A stretch of 32,000 bases of DNA from Nitrososphaerota archaeon (lineage in GTDB: Archaea > Thermoproteota > Nitrososphaeria > Nitrososphaerales > UBA57). The position numbers and the translations under genes are program-made. Positions within the stretch are counted from its first letter, which is position 1. Each line of letters begins with the position of its first letter. The stretch is from assembly GCA_002713205.1 (NCBI GenBank), contig PAVW01000006.1:1-32000 (forward strand), in the 5' to 3' direction. Below are positions 1 through 8,701 of this stretch, piece after piece. The notes beneath the pieces are model-generated. The model was not told the origin of the DNA, ran no database searches, and saw nothing but the letters and a program-made list of their open reading frames with translations.

Positions 1-117
1 CAGCAGAACCAGAGAAGGATGATATTAAATCAGCAGAACCAGAGAAGGATGATATTAAATCAGCAGAACCAGAGAAGGATGATATTAAATCAGCAGAACC
101 AGAGAAGGATGATAAAT
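1..117. repeat. 30-bp direct tandem repeat: 3 identical units plus a 4th unit with an in-frame 3-bp deletion
   Basis: cagcagaaccagagaaggatgatattaaat occurs identically at 1-30, 31-60 and 61-90. The unit at 91-117 lacks the ATT. The array is cut by the window edge. Confidence 0.95.
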
Positions 118-122
118 CATAA
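1..122 (+). CDS. 3' end of a CDS (start outside the window) ending in a tandem decapeptide array (AEPEKDDIKS)n
   Basis: Frame 3 reads AEPEKDDIKS x3, then AEPEKDDKS, with stop TAA at 120-122. Frame 1 (QQNQRRMILN) is also open and would run to 159 into the convergent egsA. Frame 3 is preferred because it ends before egsA and gives a typical acidic/Lys/Pro low-complexity tail. Confidence 0.4.
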   Translation, partial: AEPEKDDIKSAEPEKDDIKSAEPEKDDIKSAEPEKDDKS

Positions 123-138
123 AGACAAAAAATATAAA

Positions 139-1200
139 CTAATTAAGATTAGTTGTTGAAATCAAATCTTCAATTTCTTGTTTTTGAAGTCTCAACTTAT
201 GAAGAATAGTAAATCGATCTTTACGGATATCAGGAGCAATTCTAATAGCCTCAAACAATTGCTCATCAGTCACACCAATTTCTTTTATAGTTGTAGGACA
301 TCCTAGTTTTTTTAGAACTAATTTTATATTTTGCCAGTCCAAACCATGAAGTTTGGCCATTAATATTGTAGCTATTCCACATTTTTCTCCATGTAGTCCT
401 TTTCCAGGAGCAATCAAGTCAAGGGCATGACTAATCAAGTGTTCAGAACCACTACAAGGCCTACTAGTACCCGCAATACCAGCGGCAACTCCTGCGCTAA
501 TCAATGCTTCAACAATATCTCTAACATGATCAGTTTTTTGTCGTGTAAATGTTAATGATTGATCAAACAATATCTGAGAACTCATATATGCCAAACTTGC
601 AGCATACTTTCTAAAAGGTTCATTTGTATAATTATGAGCAAGCTCCCAGTCTTTTACAGCAGTCATTTTTGCAATTAAATCACCACAACCACTAGATAAT
701 AATTTACTTGGAGCAGAAGAAATAATATTTATATCAGCAAATATTCCAACTGGAGGACGTGCAATCAGAGAATAAGGTCGATCTGATCCTTTAATTGATG
801 CAAAGGGACTAGCAATTCCATCATGAGATGCGCTAGTCGGAACGCTTACAAATCGCATTTTAGAATTAAAAGATGCCAATTTAGCAGTGTCAATGGATTT
901 TCCACCGCCAATGCCGAGAATAATAGAGGATTTGAGATTTATAGCCATTTTTGATACGTCATCGGCAATTTTACTAGTAGCAGCATCGATTTCTTTCCAA
1001 ACATAATTAATTTTAGATTGAGTTAATGAAGTAACAATTTGATCTTCAAGATTATGTTTAATATTTGAACCGCTTACAACCAGAACATTATTTTTTACAT
1101 TTAAATCATTTAAAAAATTACCAAGATCCGGAATAATTTTGTTACCGATTAGAATTTTACTTGGTAACTCCATGATATGACCCTCTTTGTCGTTAATCAA
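139..1200 (-). CDS. egsA: sn-glycerol-1-phosphate dehydrogenase (archaeal lipid backbone synthesis)
   Basis: 353-aa ORF of the iron-type alcohol/glycerol dehydrogenase family. It has the GIGGGKSIDTAK loop, DGIASP, and SGSEHLISHALD metal-ligand histidines. Length and motifs match archaeal G1P dehydrogenase. The start could instead be the second Met at 1173. Confidence 0.85.
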   Translation of the reverse strand: MINDKEGHIMELPSKILIGNKIIPDLGNFLNDLNVKNNVLVVSGSNIKHNLEDQIVTSLTQSKINYVWKEIDAATSKIADDVSKMAINLKSSIILGIGGGKSIDTAKLASFNSKMRFVSVPTSASHDGIASPFASIKGSDRPYSLIARPPVGIFADINIISSAPSKLLSSGCGDLIAKMTAVKDWELAHNYTNEPFRKYAASLAYMSSQILFDQSLTFTRQKTDHVRDIVEALISAGVAAGIAGTSRPCSGSEHLISHALDLIAPGKGLHGEKCGIATILMAKLHGLDWQNIKLVLKKLGCPTTIKEIGVTDEQLFEAIRIAPDIRKDRFTILHKLRLQKQEIEDLISTTNLN

Positions 1201-1250
1201 TAGTTATGTGTTAATTATGATGTTTTATATTAATTTCAAAAAAAGTAAAA

Positions 1251-1622
1251 TTATGAAGATGAGAGTAAGTCTAACTGAATAGTTATCCAAGTCATTATGA
1301 GATCTATACAAAAATCTACTTGTCGAATAGATAATATTTGACCTTTGGGTATTCTATACCATTTATTTAAACACGTTCTACAACACGTAGCAGTAGCATG
1401 TTGAGCAATGAAAACCGGATGATTTTTAAAAGGAGTTTGTTTGCCGTCGTTTTTTGGATTAGCAGGAGATAATCTAACGTGTATAAATTCTTTAGTATGT
1501 AAAGATATTGTCATAATACCTTTTTTTTCAATATACAAATAATCATTTTGAGATAATTTAAAGCTGCTACGAAATTTAGATTTTTTTAGTTTATCAAGAT
1601 AAGATACAACATTATATTGCAT
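1251..1622 (-). CDS. DUF4186-family protein
   Basis: 123-aa ORF with HPVFIAQHATATCCRTCLNKWYRIPKG, which I recognise as the conserved core of DUF4186. Confidence 0.6.
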   Translation of the reverse strand: MQYNVVSYLDKLKKSKFRSSFKLSQNDYLYIEKKGIMTISLHTKEFIHVRLSPANPKNDGKQTPFKNHPVFIAQHATATCCRTCLNKWYRIPKGQILSIRQVDFCIDLIMTWITIQLDLLSSS

Positions 1623-1692
1623 TTCAATTATATAATCTCATATAGTAACCTCTATAAGTCATCTTCTAAATTAATTATTGTGTAAAAAATAA

Positions 1693-2358
1693 TTGGATAT
1701 AATTCGTTTGAATGTTTACAGAAATCCAAATATAGGAATTTTTTTACGTTCTAATGACAGTCATGTTTTAATTCCACAAGGACTCTCAAAAAATAAAGTA
1801 AATATAATTAAAAAATATTTAGATGTTTCATCATTAACTATATCAATAGGTGGTTCACATTTAATTGGAGCACTAACTGTAATGAATAATAATGCAATAA
1901 TGGTATCTAAACTAGCAGAAGGTTATGAGATAAAAAAAATAGAAAAGCAAACAGGATTAAACGTTGTTAAATTAGAATCAAAATTTACAGCTATTGGAAA
2001 TTTAATAGCTGTAAATGACAAAGGAGCAATAGTTTCCACTTTGTTAACTGAAAAAAATGTTAAGCAAATTTCTGAATCATTACAAGTCACAGTAAAAAAA
2101 ATGAATATTTCATCAATTAATCTAGCTGGAGCTCTCATAAATGCAACAAATAAAGGAGCTATCGTTCATCCAGGAATAACAAAAAAAGAAATCGAAATAG
2201 TAAGTGAAGTTCTTAAAGTAAATGTAGAGCCTGCTACAGTAAACAGCGGAACGCCGTATGTTTCATCAGGCATTACAGCAAATTCAAAAAACATATTAGT
2301 GGGAAATCAAACAAGTGGACCTGAACTACATATATTAAGCAAAGCATTTGGGATATAG
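1693..2358 (+). CDS. eif6: translation initiation factor 6 (aIF6)
   Basis: 221-aa ORF with an N-terminus (IIRLNVYRNPNIGIFLRSND) and pseudo-repeated short segments typical of eIF6/aIF6. It lies in the conserved archaeal neighbourhood with pfdA and ftsY. TTG start. Confidence 0.85.
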   Translation: MDIIRLNVYRNPNIGIFLRSNDSHVLIPQGLSKNKVNIIKKYLDVSSLTISIGGSHLIGALTVMNNNAIMVSKLAEGYEIKKIEKQTGLNVVKLESKFTAIGNLIAVNDKGAIVSTLLTEKNVKQISESLQVTVKKMNISSINLAGALINATNKGAIVHPGITKKEIEIVSEVLKVNVEPATVNSGTPYVSSGITANSKNILVGNQTSGPELHILSKAFGI

Positions 2359-2414
2359 AATTTTTTTATGTCAAAGTAATTGTTTTTAAAGAACAAAATT
2401 AAATTGAATCTAAT

Positions 2415-2834
2415 TTGAGTTTAGAACAACAAGCGCAAGTATTAGCCCAACAATTAAAACTTTTAGAATCATATTTAGAGGAAATCAATAATAGAGAAGG
2501 CATGTCAATGAAAGCAATTATTGAAAATAAAGCATCAATAGAAGCAGCAAAAACATTTTCAAAAACATCGTATAAAGACGCATTATTTCCATTAGGATCA
2601 GGTATCTTAGTAAAAATTGGTAATAATCCAAAATTCTTTTTGAATATTGGAGCTGGAGTTACAATAGAAAAAGAACCAGAACAAATAATTGATTTTATTG
2701 AAAATAGAATCAAAGATATTCAAGAAGGAATAAAATCTTTAGGTGTGCAAAAGAACGAATTAATTCAACAATATAACAATACTAGATCAGAATTAAATAA
2801 TCTAGTTCAACAAGGCAATAAAAATGTTCGATAA
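2415..2834 (+). CDS. pfdA: prefoldin alpha subunit
   Basis: 139-aa ORF with N- and C-terminal coiled-coil segments flanking a beta-hairpin core (LFPLGSGILVKIG...FFLNIGAGVTIEKE). Position between aIF6 and ftsY. TTG start. Confidence 0.75.
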   Translation: MSLEQQAQVLAQQLKLLESYLEEINNREGMSMKAIIENKASIEAAKTFSKTSYKDALFPLGSGILVKIGNNPKFFLNIGAGVTIEKEPEQIIDFIENRIKDIQEGIKSLGVQKNELIQQYNNTRSELNNLVQQGNKNVR

Positions 2835-3726
2835 AGTTCGTTTTGCAGTTTCATCAATCACTAAAGCAACCAAAGAAAAAACAATTTCCCAAAATCAGTT
2901 AAACGAAATCATGGAAGAATTTGAAATTCAATTACTTGAAAGTGAAATTGCATTTGATTTAGTGAAAAAGATTTCAGATGAATTAAAGATTGAATTAAGT
3001 AACAAATCCATATCAAGGAAAACCGAAATTTCTGAAGTGATAAAAGAAAGAATAAGAAATTCAATTCAAAATAGTTTTGAAAAATGTGAAGAAATAAATC
3101 TAATTGAACTAATAAAATCAAGTTCTGTTCGTCCGTTTAAAGTACTAATAATTGGAATAAATGGTTCTGGAAAAACTACCACAGTTGCAAAAATAGCATA
3201 TTTATTAAAAAAGAACAAATTAGGAGTAGTAATTGTAGCTGCTGACACATTTAGAGCAGGAGCAATAGAACAATTGAAAGAACATTCAGAAAAATTAAAT
3301 GTAAAATTAATTGCTCAGAAATACGGATCAGATCCTGCAGCAGTTGCTAGAGATGGTGTAAATTATGCAGAATCACACAATATAGATGTTGTATTAATTG
3401 ATACATCAGGACGTGTTCAAACAAGTAAAAATTTAATGCAAGAAATATCAAAAATTGAAAGTGTAATTAATCCAAATTATACGATTTTTATAGGTGATTC
3501 ACTCACAGGAAATGATTTATTATCACAAGCGGAAGAATTCTATAAATATGCAAAATTTAATGGTGCTATTTTAACAAAAACAGATGCAAATACAAAAGGA
3601 GGAGCAATGTTATCAATTTTAAGCACTACTGGAAAGCCTATCATTTATATAGGAACCGGGCAAGAATATAAAGACCTTGAACAATTTAGCATTGAAAAGT
3701 TTCTTGCAAATCTGTTCAATACATAA
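2824..3726 (+). CDS. ftsY: signal recognition particle receptor FtsY
   Basis: 300-aa ORF with SRP-GTPase motifs: GINGSGKTTTVAKIA (G1), DTSGR (G3), TKTDANTKGG (G4). Overlaps the pfdA 3' end by 11 nt. Confidence 0.9.
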   Translation: MFDKVRFAVSSITKATKEKTISQNQLNEIMEEFEIQLLESEIAFDLVKKISDELKIELSNKSISRKTEISEVIKERIRNSIQNSFEKCEEINLIELIKSSSVRPFKVLIIGINGSGKTTTVAKIAYLLKKNKLGVVIVAADTFRAGAIEQLKEHSEKLNVKLIAQKYGSDPAAVARDGVNYAESHNIDVVLIDTSGRVQTSKNLMQEISKIESVINPNYTIFIGDSLTGNDLLSQAEEFYKYAKFNGAILTKTDANTKGGAMLSILSTTGKPIIYIGTGQEYKDLEQFSIEKFLANLFNT

Positions 3727-3744
3727 AAAAAAGTGAAAGAATAA

Positions 3745-4665
3745 ATGAAGTCTGATCTAATTTCAATGGAAGAATTAACATCAAAGGAAATTACAAATTT
3801 AATCAAATTATCTATTAAATTTAAAAAAAATAAGTTAAAGATTAGTAAAAACCAATATAAAAACAAAATTTTAGGATTAGTTTTTCAAAAACCATCTACT
3901 CGCACAAGAATTAGCTTTGAAATAGCAATGAAACAATTAGGAGGAGATGTAATTTTTCTTAATAATGCAGATCTACAGATTTCAAGAGGTGAATCTATCA
4001 AGGATACTGCTCGTACTCTATCCCAATATTTAGATATTATAGTCATAAGAACATTTAGTAATATGGAAATTCAAGAATATACAAAATATTCTTCTATTCC
4101 GGTAATTAATGCATTGACTAATACAAATCATCCATGTCAGGCTTTATCAGATCTACAAACAATTGTTGAAGAAAAAGGACCAATTAAAAATATAAAAATA
4201 ACATGGATAGGAGATGGTAATAATGTATGTAATGATTTAACTATAGGGGCAATAAAACTTGGAGCAAATTTTTCAATTTCAAGTCCGCGTAGATATTTCC
4301 CTAAGAAAAGAATTATTAAGATTGCATCAGAATTAGCTGAAAAACATAAAGTAAAATTTGAATTAACAACAAACCCGATAAAAGCTGTACAAAATGCTGA
4401 TGTTGTAATAACAGATAGCATAATTTCAATGGGAATGGAAAAAGAGAAAAGAAAGAAACTAAAGGCATTTCTTCCAACGTATCAAGTTTCAAAAACGTTA
4501 ATGAAACATGCTAAAAATAATGCAGTATTTTTGCATTGTTTACCAGCAACAAGAGGACAAGAAGTTTCAAAAGAAATAATTGATGGAAATAATTCGTTAA
4601 TATGGAAACAAGTTGAAAATAAACTTCACATGCATAAAGCTCTACTCCATACCATGTTAAAATAA
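3745..4665 (+). CDS. argF: ornithine carbamoyltransferase
   Basis: 306-aa ORF with STRTR, HPCQ, DxxxSMG (DSIISMG) and HCLPA motifs. The last two distinguish OTCase from aspartate carbamoyltransferase. Confidence 0.85.
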   Translation: MKSDLISMEELTSKEITNLIKLSIKFKKNKLKISKNQYKNKILGLVFQKPSTRTRISFEIAMKQLGGDVIFLNNADLQISRGESIKDTARTLSQYLDIIVIRTFSNMEIQEYTKYSSIPVINALTNTNHPCQALSDLQTIVEEKGPIKNIKITWIGDGNNVCNDLTIGAIKLGANFSISSPRRYFPKKRIIKIASELAEKHKVKFELTTNPIKAVQNADVVITDSIISMGMEKEKRKKLKAFLPTYQVSKTLMKHAKNNAVFLHCLPATRGQEVSKEIIDGNNSLIWKQVENKLHMHKALLHTMLK

Positions 4666-4734
4666 AAAGCAAAATATTTAATAGAAAAATATAATGCCGT
4701 TATATATATAAACAAGTGAATTGTAAACCTTCAC

Positions 4735-5454
4735 ATGCAAAAACCTAAAGAAAACAAGCAAAATCGAAGAGATTTTATAAAATATCTCGGAGGAGCAGCA
4801 ATAGGACTTGGTATTGGAGGGATAGGTTTACTAAATTCAAATAACAACTTGACAGAAGTAAAGACAAGAAATACAGAGCTAGAAGAAAGCATTACTGGAC
4901 TAAATGATAAATTAGATTTACTAAATTCATGGGCATTATACGGTGGAGGAAGCAATATAAAAAAAATGCCAAATATAATTGATAAAAAACCAACAATACG
5001 AATGGATGAAAATTTTTATTTCGATCATGGAACAGCAATCTGTAGAGTAGATAACAATCCTGAAGCATTTATAATGCCAACATATAAAATGGGAGAAGTT
5101 AAAATTGAGAAAAATACATTTTTTATGTTAATGTCTACAAAGAGCTTACATGTTAAATCAATTGAAGAATCTGAAAATTCAACTTGTATTTTAGAAGGTT
5201 CAAGTGGAGATTGTTTTACTGAGGCATCTGCAAGAGGGCAAGTTTTTGGTTCAAGAATAAAACCAGAACCATTTTTACCAGAGGTTGTTGCAGTAGACGA
5301 AAAATCATTTGCTTTTACGGCATATTTTGATGAGGGTGAAGCTCCTGTAAACTATGCAATATTTGGTCCGAAATTTACTTTTACTGGAGAACTAACTACA
5401 GGTTCAGTAACAGTAAAAAGATTAAATCAATTAGCAAAATCTTTACCGAAATAA
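4735..5454 (+). CDS. hypothetical protein with a twin-arginine (Tat) signal / N-terminal anchor
   Basis: 239-aa ORF. NRRDFIKYLGGAAIGLGIGGIGLL matches the Tat consensus (S/T)RRxFLK followed by a hydrophobic stretch. A short coiled-coil-like segment follows. No family recognised. Ends 11 nt upstream of the peroxidase gene. Confidence 0.6.
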   Translation: MQKPKENKQNRRDFIKYLGGAAIGLGIGGIGLLNSNNNLTEVKTRNTELEESITGLNDKLDLLNSWALYGGGSNIKKMPNIIDKKPTIRMDENFYFDHGTAICRVDNNPEAFIMPTYKMGEVKIEKNTFFMLMSTKSLHVKSIEESENSTCILEGSSGDCFTEASARGQVFGSRIKPEPFLPEVVAVDEKSFAFTAYFDEGEAPVNYAIFGPKFTFTGELTTGSVTVKRLNQLAKSLPK

Positions 5455-5465
5455 AATATTCATAA

Positions 5466-7190
5466 ATGAAATTAATTTTTATTTTATTATTTATATTAAT
5501 AATAAATCCAGTATTTGCACAAAATATATTACTAATTACTACTGTAAATGATTATTATAGCTTTGATGGAACAGGTAATAATATAGAACAACCAACAAAA
5601 GGTTCAGCAAATCTAACCTTATTGAGAATAGTCACTCCAGCGTACAATGATGGAATAGCTTCATTATCAAATGAAAATTCTCCTAATCCAAGATTGGTAA
5701 GTAATTTTGTTTGTGAGCAACAACCAGAATTGGATATAATTGATGAAAGGAATTTATCAGATATGAACTGGGTTTTTGCACAATTCATATCTCATGATAT
5801 AGATTTTACACCTACTGCAATATTTGATCCATCACTACGAAACCTAGATAGAATTCAAATATTAGCCCCTCGTAATGACCAATTTTATGAAATGAATAGA
5901 ACAATGATGTCGGTTTTTCGGAGTCTGTATGATGTAAATACAGGAACTTCTAAGAATAATCCACGTGAACAAATAAACACAATAACTGCATGGTTAGATG
6001 GAAGTGTAATATATGGTTCTTCAGAATCACGCGCAAACAAATTGAGAACATTTGAAGGTGGAGAATTAAAAGTAAGTCAGCATAATTCTGGAGATTTATT
6101 GCCATTAGCCCCAGTAGGGTCATTAGAGGAAAAGCAAGTAAGAGGACAAGCGTTCTTTGCAGGAGAAATTAGATCGAATGAACATATTGCAATAACGGCT
6201 TTACATACATTATTTCTTAGAGAACATAACAGAATTGCAAAAGAAATCCATAGTGCGGAACCAGGCTTGACAGATGAAGAGATATTTCAAAAAGCAAGAA
6301 AAATCAATACGGCAATAATTCAATCTATAACATATAACGAGTTTTTACCATCATTAGGAATAGAATTAGATGAGTACAAAGGTTATAATAAATCGACAAA
6401 TCCTCAGATATCTCATATTTTTTCAGTAGTAGCATTTCGAATTGGGCATAGTCAAGTAGGCGAGAGAGTAATATTAGTAAATTCAACACAAGATGTACAA
6501 TCCATTCCAATGAAAGAAACTTTCTTTAATCCAGTAATAATTCACAGACAAGGAATTGATTCAATACTACGAGGGCTTTTTATGACAAAACAACAAGCAA
6601 ATGATATTTATTATCATAATAGTATCAGAAATTTCTTATTTGATGAACCAGAAAGAGGAGGATTAGATCTTTGTGTATTAGACATAGTAAGAGGTAGAGA
6701 TCATGGAATACCTAATTATAATTCTGTAAGAAAGGAAATTGGATTAAACCGAGTAGAAGGATTCAATGATATAAATAAGGACGAAGAGGTCAGAATGAGA
6801 TTGAAAGCTGCATATGGGGATATTGATGAACTTGATGCAATAATCGGCATATTAGCAGAAGAACATTTAGAAGGATCTACTCTTGGACAAACAGGATATT
6901 TAATTATAAAAGATCAGTTTGAACGAATAAGAGATGGAGATCGTTTGTTTTATTTAAATGACCCAGATTTAAGAATGGTCAAGGAAGAAATTTCAAATAC
7001 ATCATTAGCAGATGTCATAGAAAGAAATACAGAAATTAAGAATGTACCAGATAATGTTTTTTTTGTATATGATATAGAATCAGAAGACAATAATTCAATC
7101 TTAAAACAACAAACAATATGGATATATTTTTTGATATTTTTTACCGTTATTTTTGCTATTTATTTACGATATAAAAACCACATCAGATAG
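5466..7190 (+). CDS. animal-type haem peroxidase family protein (peroxidase-cyclooxygenase superfamily), signal peptide plus C-terminal TM anchor
   Basis: 574-aa ORF. Motifs: FDGTGNN; distal site AQFISHDIDFT (Q-x-x-H-D); GEIRSNEH (distal Arg / Glu); LHTLFLREHNRIA; proximal His AFRIGHSQV; RGRDHGIPNYNSVR. Hydrophobic N-terminus MKLIFILLFILIINPVFAQ and C-terminal helix IWIYFLIFFTVIFAIYL. Confidence 0.8.
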   Translation: MKLIFILLFILIINPVFAQNILLITTVNDYYSFDGTGNNIEQPTKGSANLTLLRIVTPAYNDGIASLSNENSPNPRLVSNFVCEQQPELDIIDERNLSDMNWVFAQFISHDIDFTPTAIFDPSLRNLDRIQILAPRNDQFYEMNRTMMSVFRSLYDVNTGTSKNNPREQINTITAWLDGSVIYGSSESRANKLRTFEGGELKVSQHNSGDLLPLAPVGSLEEKQVRGQAFFAGEIRSNEHIAITALHTLFLREHNRIAKEIHSAEPGLTDEEIFQKARKINTAIIQSITYNEFLPSLGIELDEYKGYNKSTNPQISHIFSVVAFRIGHSQVGERVILVNSTQDVQSIPMKETFFNPVIIHRQGIDSILRGLFMTKQQANDIYYHNSIRNFLFDEPERGGLDLCVLDIVRGRDHGIPNYNSVRKEIGLNRVEGFNDINKDEEVRMRLKAAYGDIDELDAIIGILAEEHLEGSTLGQTGYLIIKDQFERIRDGDRLFYLNDPDLRMVKEEISNTSLADVIERNTEIKNVPDNVFFVYDIESEDNNSILKQQTIWIYFLIFFTVIFAIYLRYKNHIR

Positions 7191-7208
7191 AGAAAAGAAC
7201 AAGTCATC

Positions 7209-7216
7209 TATATATT
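7209..7216 (+). promoter_or_regulatory. candidate TATA box for the SRP RNA gene
   Basis: tatatatt is centred about 25 nt upstream of the inferred 5' end (7237), which fits archaeal promoter geometry. The genome is AT-rich, so chance matches are common. Confidence 0.3.
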
Positions 7217-7236
7217 ATTAAGATAATCAATATAAT

Positions 7237-7546
7237 GGCAATAGGTAGGGTTGGGGGGATAGCCGTCCCCCGTGCTGAAACCGGCTATATGCAGCACCAG
7301 TAACCAAGGGCTAAAATATGATAAATAAGAACCTGCCCTCTTGCTTGAATGAAATCACGCCGCGATTGGTGGTCACAAGAGATAGTCAACTCGAAGGAGA
7401 TGATGATTCTTCAACTACTGAAACCGGACAGGTCCGGGAGGGAGCATCCGTATAGTGGGGTGGCTGCGCTTTCACGTCTACGTGAATGACTTTGTGAGTT
7501 GGGAAAAGGGCTTATTTACAATATGAATCCCTTTGGGGCTGTTGCC
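7237..7546 (+). ncRNA. ffs: signal recognition particle RNA (7S RNA)
   Basis: ~310-nt GC-rich island in AT-rich DNA. It contains the conserved helix-8 motif caggtccgggagggagca at 7429-7446 (compare E. coli 4.5S CAGGUCCGGAAGGAAGCA). Two 5' Alu-domain hairpins are present (gggggatagccgtccccc; gtgctg...cagcac). The termini pair: ggcaatag 7237-7244 with ctgttgcc 7539-7546. Confidence 0.8.
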
Positions 7547-7581
7547 AATATTCTTAAAGCAGTAACATGTATTAAAAAATA

Positions 7582-8193
7582 ATGTTAAGAATAGGAAGTT
7601 TAGCAGGGATAGCAAGTCCAATAATTGGCATTCTAATGGTTTTATTATCGATTTATTTTTCTCCATGGTTTAGTTGGCAAGAAAATGCATTAAGTGATCT
7701 TGGAGTAGAGCAATCTGGCGGTACACAAATTGCAATCTATCTATTCAATATAGGTATGATTATTGCAGGTTCTCTAATAGCATTATTTGTAGTTTTAACA
7801 AGGTCTATTTTAGCAAGCAATAGAAGAAATAAAATAGCTTACGCAATTTTATTTATTGGAGGTATCAATCTTGCATTAGTAGGAATATTTACAGAGAATT
7901 TTCCAATGGTACATAGAACAGTTGCGCTGATGTACTTTGTTACAACTCCAATAAGTTTGATGATTATTGGTTCAGGTAAAATAGCAAGTGACAGAACTTT
8001 CGGATTATTTAGCATTGGTGCAGGTGCAGTAGCATTAGTAGTAATCTTAGGATTAGTATTTTCAACATTGGGAATACCAATAGGTGAAATTTATCCAGAA
8101 GGAGCAGCAATTCCAGAATTTATAGAAGCTGTTATCTTAGGCATGTGGATAGGAATAGCAGGAATAAGAATATTTAAAACAGGAAAGATATAA
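7582..8193 (+). CDS. polytopic membrane protein, DUF998-like
   Basis: 203-aa ORF with about 6 hydrophobic helices. The N-terminal segment FSPWFSWQENALSDLG resembles the DUF998 signature. Confidence 0.55.
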   Translation: MLRIGSLAGIASPIIGILMVLLSIYFSPWFSWQENALSDLGVEQSGGTQIAIYLFNIGMIIAGSLIALFVVLTRSILASNRRNKIAYAILFIGGINLALVGIFTENFPMVHRTVALMYFVTTPISLMIIGSGKIASDRTFGLFSIGAGAVALVVILGLVFSTLGIPIGEIYPEGAAIPEFIEAVILGMWIGIAGIRIFKTGKI

Positions 8194-8245
8194 TATTTTA
8201 TATATTTTTTTAAATGTTAATAATGTCAACAACTATGTTTCTTTT

Positions 8246-8339
8246 GCCGTGATCGCCTAGCCTGGTAGGGCGCAGGATTGCTATTCGGCAAAGATCCTGT
8301 CTCCGCAAGGAATCGTGGGTTCAAATCCCACTCACGGCG
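8246..8339 (+). tRNA. tRNA-Ser (anticodon GCT) with a short (~10 nt) intron in the anticodon loop
   Basis: Acceptor gccgtga/tcacggc; D arm gcct-agcctggta-gggc; anticodon stem cagga/tcctg enclosing 17 nt, not 7. GCT lies at 8280-8282. Long variable arm with a GCAA tetraloop (class II tRNA). T arm gtggg-ttcaaat-cccac. Confidence 0.8.
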
Positions 8340-8390
8340 TACATCTATCAACGTAATTTTTATGTTACACAGATAATATCATATATAGAT

Positions 8391-8696
8391 ATGGAATACG
8401 GAATAATAACATCAATTTTAATTGTAATTGGATATGGATTACTGGGAGGCATAGTAGCAGGATATACATTCAAACGTATTGCAAAACTACTTGTAATATT
8501 GATTGCATTGATATTAGTTGCAGTAAATTATTTTGGATATACAGAACTTTTGGGTATAAATTATAAATTTTTAACTAATTTCGTAATAGAACAAACAGAA
8601 CTATTAGGTTCTTCTTTATTGACAGCTGCTTTAGTAAATATTCCATTTGCAATTGGTTTTTTACTAGGTTTTATAATAGGAATAAGAAAATTTTAA
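8391..8696 (+). CDS. small membrane protein, FUN14-like
   Basis: 101-aa ORF with 3 hydrophobic segments. GLLGGIVAGYTFKRIAKLL...INY resembles FUN14-family proteins. Confidence 0.55.
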   Translation: MEYGIITSILIVIGYGLLGGIVAGYTFKRIAKLLVILIALILVAVNYFGYTELLGINYKFLTNFVIEQTELLGSSLLTAALVNIPFAIGFLLGFIIGIRKF

Positions 8697-8701
8697 CAGC
8701 C

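Noticed and set aside
1-117. Possible CRISPR array, because of identical ~30-bp direct repeats
   Set aside because: The units are contiguous with no spacers, and they maintain an open reading frame. This is a coding tandem repeat, not CRISPR.
2359-2414. Expected ribosomal protein LX / L31e genes in the aIF6-pfdA-ftsY cluster
   Set aside because: The gap is only 56 nt, so no gene fits. Cluster composition varies among archaeal lineages, so absence is not remarkable on its own.
3745-4665. Alternative call as aspartate carbamoyltransferase (pyrB)
   Set aside because: HCLPA and DxxxSMG are ornithine-carbamoyltransferase signatures. ATCase has HPLPR and lacks the SMG loop.
1923-6510. Short antisense ORFs: 1923-2138, 2399-2713, 2909-3121, 3066-3248, 3645-3866, 4137-4421, 4731-4955, 5555-5788, 6325-6510
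   Set aside because: Each lies opposite a gene with clear family motifs. Their composition is typical of the shadow frames of AT-rich coding DNA.
7478-7666. 62-aa ORF on the - strand
   Set aside because: It overlaps the 3' part of the SRP RNA and the start of the DUF998 gene. No supporting features.
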